From: Eledone cirrhosa
Lineage: Eukaryota
DNA length: 64,000 nucleotides
Assembly (NCBI GenBank): GCA_964016885.1
Contig: OZ024740.1
Location: forward strand, 122,822,001 to 122,886,000
Direction of reading: 5' to 3'
Positions 53,934-64,000 of this stretch are shown here, one piece after another. The stretch's first letter is position 1. The number at the start of each line of letters is the position of its first letter. The notes beneath the pieces are model-generated. The model saw nothing but the letters and a program-made list of their open reading frames with translations. It had not been told where the DNA came from and ran no database searches. The position numbers and the translations under genes were made by a program.

Positions 53934-56900
53934 CTTTTGCCAGTAGTTTTATGTGCCTAGCAGCATCAGTTGCAGTAGTTTCTTTAGTCTTTCCAGGCTG
54001 GGTATCAAGCATGAGATCAGTAGCATATTTTTTGCTCTCCTTCAAGATAGAATGAAGCTTCTTACTTCTCTCATGCTTTTCAACAAGTTTCAGCATACAG
54101 TCGTTAGTTGTTTCAAGGTATTTGGCCAGTCCCATGATGGTGGTCTTGTAAGCAAGTTCAAATTGGATCAGGCCCCGGCCTCCCTGAGTTCTAGGAAGCT
54201 AAAGACGATCCACATCTGCTTTTGGGTGGTGCATTTTATTACAGGTCAGTAGCTTATGGACTTTGGTGTCGATTCTTTTGATTTCACTCATATTCCAGTT
54301 CAACACACCGAAGCTATAAGTGACAACTGGGAATGCCAAGGAATTTATGGCTAGCACCTTGTTACGAGCATTTAGTTCTGATCTCAGAACTGCACGTACT
54401 CTCCTGTAACATTCTTTCCTTATCCTCTCTTTCAAACTTGCATGCTGTATGCCAGAGTCCTCATTAATCGCTAAGTATTTATAGGTTTGTTCCTGCTCAA
54501 GTTCCTTTATGATCTTTTCAGCATCCAATTCAACTGAGTCTGAGTTGACAAGCTTCTCCTTCTTGAAAGTGGCTTTTGCACGCTTGTCAAGTCCAAACTC
54601 CATGCTGATATCATTGCTAAACGTTTTTACTGTCCACAAAAAGCCTTCCAGTTCGTCATTATCTTTGCAATATAGCTTCAAATCATCTATATAAAATAAG
54701 TGGCTTATTTTTTTGTTGTCAATTCCGTGACATACCCTGTTATATTAAGTTCGGATGTAAGGGGTATTAAAACCATGCAGAAAAGCAAGGGTGAAAGTGA
54801 GTCACCCTGGAATATACCACAGTTGATGTTTATATTCCCAGAGCACAGTACCCCAGTGGAATGAGACAATTGGAGATTTGTATTCCATAATGACATTGTG
54901 CTTCTGGAAGTTTGAGATCACAGGTGAGATTTTGAAAATGTCCAGTGATTTCAGAATCCATGAGTGTGATATGCTGTCAAAGGCTTTTTTTATAATCGAT
55001 CCATGCAGAACTGAGATTTCTGTGTTTATTATGACAGTTCTCAATGATGATACGATTAATCAAAAGTTGATCTTTGCAACCATATGAACCTCGTCGACAC
55101 CCTTTTTGTTCAATGGGGAAAAGGTTGTTCTCCTCCAAAAACACGTGTGCTTTTTCCATGAGAATAGAGGTTAATAATTTATGGACAAGCATGTTATGGG
55201 CCGATAGTTTTTTTTATCTTTTGTTTCGTTGTTCTTTGGTAGAAGGTAGGTAATGCCACTTGCTATCCAATCAGGTGTATTTTTTGGATCTTTCATAATT
55301 CCATTAAAATAGCTTGACCAATATATTGTGAGTGCACGGGTGTGAGGAAAGCCAAAATGTTGGCACCCTGTCTCTACCAGGGGTTTCCATGTATGAGATT
55401 TATTGAGTGCTGTCCTTAAGTCTGCTATAGAGATGTCTTCCCACGCCTGTTCTTCTAAATTTGTGTAGGATTTTTACAGGTGACTAATCCAATCTACATT
55501 ATTATCATATGTCTTCTCATCATTCCAAATCTTACTCCAGAAGTTTTCAAATTCTTCTATGGACTAATAATTATTTATTTCTTCCCTACTTCTCTATAAA
55601 ATGACTTGGCATTGGATGAGAACAACTTATTTTGCCTGTAGTTGTTTCGCTTCTCAAATCTATGAATTCGTTGGGCTTTTACTTGGACTTTTTGTTTCAG
55701 AGATTCTTTTGTTGAAACTATTGCTTCTCTAGAAGACAGTCCATATTTTCTCTTTAGCTTTCTTACCTTCTTAGATCTTATATCATTTCCAGCGGTTAAC
55801 TCACTCAATAAAGATATTTCTCTTCTCATTACGTCAATCTCCTTTTCGATTCTACTCTTCCAAATTGGTTTACCTCGAAGATTCGACTTTTTTTGTTTTT
55901 TTGGTGGAAAACAACTTGTTTCAATTACTCTAGCAGATGCATACATGATTTCATTTAGCTCAGTAAGATCAGGTTCTAGTTCTTCTATGATTTGTTTTGT
56001 CACAGAATTACCAATCATTATTTGTTTTCTATTTTGCCAAGGTTAACTTTGCCTTTCATCCTTACGGGGTCGATAAAATAAAGTACCAGTAATGCACTGG
56101 GTAATTGCTGGCCTTGTGCCAAAAAGTAGAAACAATTATTTGTTTTCTATTTTGGATTGTATTTGGGAGTTTTTGAAGTGGTTCTCTATCATTTATACTA
56201 GAATGTCTTACTACTGCAAGCTCATTCAGTACTTTTTGCTTTAATTCCTTCATAGTCTTCCTGTTTTCTTCAGCAGATGTTTGGTTTTCAATTACTGTTT
56301 CTAAGTCACTCTCCTGGCTATTTTCAGCAGGTTCAATAGGGCTTCTCATTTCTACAAACCTATTTGTGATTTGGTCAGATGGAGGTTTCAGTAAAGACTT
56401 GTGACTGGTTACTATCTCCAGGAGATTCTTCACTTCTTTCATCATTTATATTTATGTCATTCTCCACAGCCTGCTTGATCACAGTTAGTTCAGTGTCTGT
56501 GAGTCTATTATTTCTGAAGATATACCTCCTTACATTTGCCAACTTATTTCCATCTATATCACGTCTGCTAGCTTGATTCTGAGTTTTCCAGATGTAGGAG
56601 TTTAAAGTGTGTCTGTCTTGTGATGGCTTACCTAATGCATAGTAATATGCATATATTACTTCTTTATACTCTTCTCGGGTCGATTTCATCCTTTTAGCTT
56701 TTTATTTTTGAGGTGGTTTGGGTTGTGGATCTGGAGGGCTCGAGTTGGGGCAATCCCCGATCAAGTGACCATCCAGGTCCATAATTGGAGAAGAGTTTGT
56801 GACAGAGGAGGACCTTTCGATCTCAGGTTGGCACCTTCCTGAGGGACGCGCTTCCTGATTAACCATAGGAAAAGCGATTTGGTATTGTGTATTAATTTTT

Positions 56901-56990
56901 ATTTGTTCATCTCGCAGTATATTCTTGCGTTATGCATGGTATTGGACGTACATGGAAAGTTGCCCGGTTCTTTGGGTAGTGTATTTGCTG
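53932..56990 (-). mobile_element. R4/Dong-type LINE 5' and RT part (family 2), decayed
   Basis: EQKGCRRGSYGCKDQLL, AWIDYKK, CGIFQGDSLSPLLFC, HLFYIDDLKLY, MEFGLDK, TYKYL, HHPKADVDRL. Confidence 0.9.
56037..56134 (+). mobile_element. 5'-truncated family A SINE inserted in the R4-type LINE, 20-bp TSD
   Basis: attatttgttttctattttg at 56017-56036 and 56135-56154. Confidence 0.88.
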
Positions 56991-58096
56991 GCTGGCACTG
57001 AGATCATTATTACTGGTGAATTGGCTGTATCGGTAGAGGGTTGGACGCCATGCTTTCTAGCATAGTTACGTCCCTTTACAGTCTGAGAACTACAGACACT
57101 GAGAAGGGAGGTAGGTAGCAGTCAGTGACAGTAGTCTAAAAATAGATTGGGGATTTACTGGTGTGAATGTATGAGACAGTGGTTGTGAATGTAGTGGTGG
57201 AGAAAGAAGTGATCTTTCAACTGTCCATTTTCCTTTAAAAATCTGAAATTTAGCCACAATCGACCACAATGTAAAAAAAGAAAATTGTATTGGGGAAATA
57301 TTTAAAAATATATATGCACCTTTCACATCTTCAGCCACAGAGATGATTGTATAATAATTAGTCGGATTTTTGATTAAACAGAACTTATCCCCCGAAATAA
57401 ACAGTGTGTTTTCCGTTTCTTTTCTTCAAATAATAATATGTAAACAGCGATTGTAATGGGTAAATATATAAAAATATGTATGCAGTTCTCACATCTAGTG
57501 TCAGATTATTTGTAGAGATAAGTGGGGAAATAATTTGTCGAATTTTTGTGTTAGGGAATACCAAATTAAACAAAACTTACTCCTCTAAATAGGCATGTGT
57601 GTCATCCGGTCTACGACTGTTTCTCTTCTTCAAATAGTTTTTTCTTTAAGTTCAAAGAGCAAACGTCTGTATATGTGCATGTTTGTTTTGGGTACATTTT
57701 TCATTGTTTTTATAATACTTGTATGTGTAATATAATCAATAGACTTTGTTACTTACATATATCGTTTTTCTTTTTGTTTTGATTTAAAATTCTGAGTAAT
57801 GGTGCGGCTGATATTCAGTTTCTATATTTACACATGTGGTCCGGGTACAAAATTTATTTTTTGTAGGCTTCTTTAGTATTCTTCCATTGTTTCCACTTCG
57901 TTTTCTTGTTATTAACCCCCCAAAAAATGGAAATTTTCGACCTTGAAACGGTAAACACCGTTCAGGTCAAAAGTTCAAAAGCAGCCACGGTAGATCTCAC
58001 CACAACTACGACTGCTACAGACACGACTGTCGCCCACTCCACTGAATGTGAAGGCAAAACTCAAAAGCTACTTTAGCGAAAGTACTGGGTCACCAA

Positions 58097-58963
58097 TATA
58101 GCGAGAATACTGGGTTGTATGAATGTAACAAGGAATACATTGTTTGTTTGTATAATATTTAATTAACAATGGTAGATAGTATAGTTGAAATGTCAAAGAT
58201 GAGGATGATAGAATGAAGCAAAGTTAGTAGTTACCGTTTTGATTGCCAGGCAAACGCGGCTGGCAGAGGACGCCTGGCTAAGGCCAGGCGCCTGTTGGCC
58301 AAATGAATGGCAGAGCCAAATGAGAGGCTCTTGACCTGGTGCCGAAAAGGCAATGAGAGAGTGAGAGCTTAAAGTTGTTAGTTTTATAGGGTACTGACCG
58401 GCAGTTGCAGAAAGGGTTCCACCCCCTGTCCAGACGCCAATCCAAACAAGGGAGACAACCGCTACATAACCTCCCGCCAGAATTTTAGTGTATAAAAATC
58501 GAAATGAAAATATGTAGCAAGTTGGCGAGAATGTTGTAACAGGCATGAAAACTACGACAAAAGAATGTTTGCAAAAATCAATGATAGATATCAAGGTAGC
58601 CAACCGCTCTTGGCCAGAGAACGACTGGACATCCATCTATCCATCACCCAAAGATACAATGTAATAAAGTAAGAGAAGAGCTCAAAGTTCAAATGTACAA
58701 AATATAGTTCACAGGTGTGCAATCACTTGACAGCAGGAAAGAAAGTGTGTTCCAGAGAATGAATGCAGGTGGTCTCTGTTCTGTGGTATATCGTGAAATT
58801 TCCAACCTCCGAATGGATTTTCTCACAGGAAGAGTGCTGCAAAAATAAATTCTCTGGCTTTGGTTGTTGGTGAAGCTGTGTTGATGTATTGCTGTTGCTG
58901 TTGCTGTTGCTGCTGCTGTTGTCTCGCTGAGTGAGCGTATTCGGTGTTTAAATTCACAGTAAA

Positions 58964-58998
<35 letters not shown>

Positions 58999-60169
58999 AA
59001 AATGAGTTGCGCAAAGTGCTAGAAATAGCAGCCGAAGTTGATGGTCGGTGTTGAGAATGCGTTGACCTGGAAGAGTCAAGAGGCCAGCGACCAGAGAAAT
59101 AAGCATTCTTAATAAATGCGCGGTTATCAACGGTAAATTTACATTGTAAATTTATAAACCGGCAAATAGAAGAATATAGCTTAAGGCTGAAGAATCCTTG
59201 GCGAGAAATGTTATCTCTGGCGTGCGGCTATGTCTGTGAGTAGAGACATCTCTGTGAATCGAGAATTTGTGCTGCCTACACGTGCCAATACAAGGTTGAA
59301 AAAAATAATATTTCTAACGCGCGAGAAAATGATAATGCAATTTTGAAAGTGACAATGATGAAAAAGAAAGGCTTCACTCAGCATAATTATTGGTGTGAAC
59401 TTTGGGAAAAAAAACTTGAACGATGAAGAAAACGATGAACAAAAAGGCAATGGTTCATCGAAAATAAATGTTCCTGTTGAAATGTTTTCTTAAAGAATAT
59501 CAAATTTCTTTTTTTTTGTTTTTTTGTTTTGAAAGTGTTCGTTGTAAGAAACGAGAAACATATATATATATTGGTGAAATGCGACAGTTAGTTGATGCGT
59601 GAGAGAAAAAGTCTGTCTGTGCGAATTCCACATGTGCGTGTGTGCGTGTCCTTGAGTATTTTCATAGTTTGTCGATAAATTTGCTGTGTATTCGTAATGT
59701 TACTCACACAAAACCAGATGTGCTATTTTTTTCTTTTTTGGGGGTGACCACTTATAGCGATGAACGGCTGCGTGTTCGTATCACGTCAGGGTTACCAATA
59801 TAGCGAGAGTAATAGGGTTGCATGAATGTAACAAGGAATACATTGTTTGTTTGTATAATATTTAATTAACAATGGTAGATAGTATAGTTGAAATGTCAAA
59901 GATGAGGATGATAGAATGAAGCAAAGTTAGTAGTTACCGTTTTGATTGCCAGGCAAACGCGGCTGGCAGAGGACGCCTGGCTAAGGCCAGGCGCCTGTTG
60001 GCCAAATGAATGGCAGAGCCAAATGAGAGGCTCTTGACCTGGTGCCGAAAAGGCAATGAGAGAGTGAGAGCTTAAAGTTGTTAGTTTTATAGGGTACTGA
60101 CAGGCAGTTGCAGAAAGGGTTCCACCCCCTGTCCAGACGCCAATCCAAACAAGGGAGACAACCGCTACA
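58097..60169 (-). mobile_element. Non-autonomous LTR retroelement (about 370-bp LTRs, about 1.3-kb internal region without recognisable gag/pol)
   Basis: Near-identical direct repeats 58097-58466 and 59799-60169 with TGTAGCG...CGCTATA ends; tRNA-Trp-type PBS at 59766-59797; purine-rich ctggcgggagg just before the 3' LTR. Confidence 0.82.
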
Positions 60170-63100
60170 CTACCATCACAACCGCTCCCTTCTGTGTTAG
60201 CAGCAGTATCAACTGAAAACGACATCATCACCATCACAACAACAACTCAGAGCAACAAAGAAAATAATACCGACAGCTTCAATGTAAACATGGATGGCGG
60301 TGGCAACAGCAACAACAAACAAAACAACAACAACAACACCAATAACAACGGCAAGAACGACAACACCAACAACAAGAGCAACAGAGGCACCGAATTTGCT
60401 GCAGCAGCAGCAGCAGCAAACACAAAGCGCTTATTTAATATTGATATTAGCGATAAAGACGAACAATTGGCCCAGGCGTGGAGGCTAATTAAACGAGTGA
60501 AGTCCTGGGCAAATCTGACCATCCCGGACGTGGCAATAGCGGCCATGCAAAGGAGGACGGTGTACTTTCGATGCATTTCGGTGCAGACACGAAAAGTTAA
60601 ACTTGCCAGCCAAGCAGAGGTCGAGGCTGCTTTGGAGTGCATCGGAAGTGACAGAGTATAAAGCAAGAGCCAAACAGTTCGGTATCATCTCGGTACTGTT
60701 CAAAACCGAGGCCCTTGCTGTTAAGCACTCGGTGATCCCCTGCAGAACGGAACGCATTATCATGCACCCGTCCTACATGGGTAAAAGGACAGTAATTATC
60801 CGCATTCCCAGCATCCCACCAGGAATGAACATATGGTGGCTGCTGGGATGCGTAATCAAGGAGGGGACAGACACTACCCTCATGGATATCAAAAGGACAG
60901 TGAGAGAAGACTGGTCCGGAATTGATTTGAAGATTCTTCTTCCAATGAAACCGGAGGACATGAACAACATCCCGGATTTTTCCCGCCTGCAGGACGGGAC
61001 AACAATCCAACTAATCACTGAGGGAAGAAGGCCACACTGCTTCGTCTGCGGGGAAGAAACGCATCTGCAAGCCTTCTGCCCTCAGCGCAAGAATGCAGGG
61101 GGTCGCAAACTCCTTTGTTGCCAACGCCAGTGTCAGCACTGAAAGCTGCACCACCGCCACCACCAAAAACAACACCAACAAAGACACAGACACCAACATC
61201 AAAAACAGCTGGACCACCACCAACACCGAAACCAATCCAAGGGGAGAACGAGGAAAGCCTTCCCACTCCCCCTACCTCCGCCCCAATTATACACATAGAC
61301 AAAACAATAAACGCACACACAGACACGGAGACACTCACAGCCACAGACCCTTTGTCTTCCAGCCACGAAGATGAAGGAAAACCCAAAAGTGCAAAAAAAA
61401 CAGAGAAAACCCACCAAAAAAGAAAGCCCCAACAAAACACAGAAACATACACAATAAAAAATACAGACACCGCTAACGCAAACACTTCCCCAATAACATC
61501 AGCACCAACAGCAACATTGACACCACCTCTACAATCCCCGAAACGCAAACAACCTAAACAAACACAAGTACAAATAAAGACACAAATACCTGAAATCGCA
61601 GACAGCACACCTACAACAAACACATACATACCCGAAACAACACCACCAAAACCATCACCACCACAGTCACCAAAACGAAAACAAATAAAACCACACCAAC
61701 AAAATATTAGAAACTTCGTGCTTGTCAGAAGGGCCAACGATAAGCTGATGGCTCTCTTAGCACGAAGCGAGGACATTCAAACAGAGGGGGAGATTTTTAA
61801 ATGAGCACATTTTGCGTGCCAGAAGATTTGCTTCTGGTCCGAATGTCACTCGATTCCTTCAAAGAAATTCGGGAGCGCTTTCCTCTAGACGTGGGAACCC
61901 AGAATGTGAAACCCACATGGAGACTTTTAAAGGGGTTGCCAAAAGAAACCCCACCAACGATGGAGGTCGAACCACCCGACCTTCACAAGACCCCGGGAGG
62001 TAAATAAACCTTCCCTCTCTCTTTTAGCTTGCCAACATGGCCACATTAAGAGTAGGAAGTTTAAATGTTCGCGGGCTGGGGTCACCCTAGAAGCAGAGTC
62101 GCCTGCTCAACGACCTCAGGTCACTGGAAATGGATGTGATTGCCGTCAACCAGACCAGAATTTCCGACACGCGCGCACTAGTCCCCATTTTCGACGACTA
62201 TCAGATATTCGCATCTGTTAGCAGGCCGTGAATGGGAGTTGGGGTGGAAGTGCTCATTAGGAAAGGACTGGATCTCGAGGTAAGGTCGATCTTCCGGGAG
62301 CCGGACGGTAAGTTGGTGGTCTTGGATGTGAGCAGTAGCGAAGGTGGTGCCTTTAGACTGCTGGCCGTCTACGCCCCTACAGGGGCCGGACGACCGGACT
62401 TCTTTAGGCGCCTGGAGACATTTCTGGGTACGTCTCGCCCTTTACTGTTAGCGGGGGACTGGAATGGCATATTAGACGCACGCTGGGATTGTGTGGTAGT
62501 AGCTGATAGGAGCGGGGGTTGCAAAAGCCTCAAGCACCTACTCAGCCAGTTCCAACTCTCTGACAGGTATCGACTTGTGTTCCCCAATGTGCCAGTATGG
62601 ACATGGACCCACCGAATGGGGTCATCTAGACCGTATATAGACAGGATCTTCATTAGGAAAATAGATAGAAATAATGTAGGCTGCCCACTTTTTAAACGGT
62701 CGCCTATTCAGATCACAAATTTGGTGGAATCTCAACATGTCATTTCCTGCACGTATGGCTTACAGGGACCGAGTCAACAATTTAGTTAAGCAAAAGTTGA
62801 CAGGGGGATCATCAACAACAGATGGATGGTGGTGGTGGTGGTGGGGGGAGGGGGGCTCTCAAAAGAGAGATTAGAGTAACTTTGATAGATTTCAGCAAAG
62901 AACTAGCGTTAGAGAAAAATAGAAAGGAAAGGGAGCTGGTAGATAAGTTAGACGAGGCGATTTGTAGTGGCATGGCCACTGACGTGCTAGCGGCGAGAAT
63001 GGCATTAGACCATTTCTTCAGAGCGAAACACGAAGGTTGCATTGTCAGAGCTAAGGCGCGTGCGCTGAGAAACGAGGGAACCAAAGCTGTTCGATGGGCC

Positions 63101-64000
63101 CGCGTGGCGGAGGCGCAGCGTGGTAATAAAACCACAATTCGGTCTTTGGCGGACCGAGACGTACACGAGATAAACGATTCCAAGCGGATGTGTGTGGCCT
63201 TTCGCCAGCACTTTGCTCGGTTGTTCGGGGAGAGTGCCGAGTCAGAGAGAGTAGCGGATTCCAGTCCCTACTTTGACGGCTTGCCGCGCATCTCGACGTC
63301 GCTGAGCGCTGCGAAAGGCTGATTACTTCAGCCAAAATTCTGGACGCCCTTGCCGGCTGCATGAGGTGCAAGTCACCCGGTTTGGATGGCCTGCCCTACG
63401 AGCTTTACGTAAATATGCCAGACTTGTTCTCCGACCTCCTCGAAGCACTCTACCTCAACTGGCAGCAGAATGGCAGTATTCCCAGCTATGTGAGCTGGGG
63501 AGTGGTGACGCTGATAAGGAAAGACGGAACAAGAGGGATACATTAGACAACTTCAGGCGAGGATTTGCTTGTCATCGAGGATTTGGTTGGGGAGGTGCAA
63601 ACTTGCGCAATCCCAGCAAGGTCCATACATGACAATCTCCACCTCATGCAATACATCATAGGACGGTATGGTGTAAACCTGGCTTCGGTGGGGCACTGAT
63701 CAATTTAGATCAATCCAAAGCATTCGATAGGGTCGACCATCAGAATCTGGAGTTTGTCCTCAAAGCAGCTGGCTTCTTCAGAAGCTAGATCGCTGCTATG
63801 CACAGCATCACACACTCGGTGGTCAAGGTTAATGGCCACCTCTCGGAACCATTTCGGCTCTCCCGATCGGTCCTCAAGGGTGCCTTCGCTCTTCCCTTCT
63901 GTACGTAGTGACTCTCGAGCATTTACTGCGCAAGCTGGAGCTGTTGCAGGGCATCCCGCTCGAACCGGGAGACGTAAAGGCGGTGTCACCTTATGCGTAC
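60170..64000 (+). mobile_element. Tx1/L1-clade LINE, decayed ORF1 and ORF2, running off the window
   Basis: ORF1 with CFVCGEETHLQAFC zinc knuckle; ORF2 from ATG 62037 MATLRVGSLNVRGL, LAVYAP, LAGDWNG, YIDRIF, KSPGLDGLPYELY, LDQSKAFDRVDH; its 5' end may continue at about 57920-58086. Confidence 0.88.

Noticed and set aside
59766-59797. tRNA-Trp gene
   Set aside because: Only the 3' part is present, with encoded CCA, next to an LTR; treated as a primer-binding site

Overview
AT-rich, repeat-saturated eukaryotic DNA with abundant (TA)n, (CA)n and (CAT)n microsatellites. The repeat make-up suggests a mollusc, probably an octopus or other cephalopod (inference). I could not support any host protein-coding gene; the recognisable ORFs are transposon-derived and the rest look like microsatellite noise. 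Contents: RTE-clade LINE copies, R4/Dong-type and Tx1-type LINEs, a decayed Gypsy pol, a small non-autonomous LTR element, a non-autonomous Helitron, a deleted mariner, many tRNA-derived SINEs and two Penelope-like element (PLE) families. The main signal is a dense set of type I hammerhead ribozyme (HHR) motifs, about ten plus a non-canonical variant. Most lie in PLE-derived or non-coding elements inside (TA)n tracts. Five insertions, from 0.13 kb to 5 kb, share an asymmetric fold-back architecture, and one is a retrozyme-like tandem with HHRs 533 nt apart. All structures were read by eye, and boundaries are approximate unless anchored by a quoted motif.
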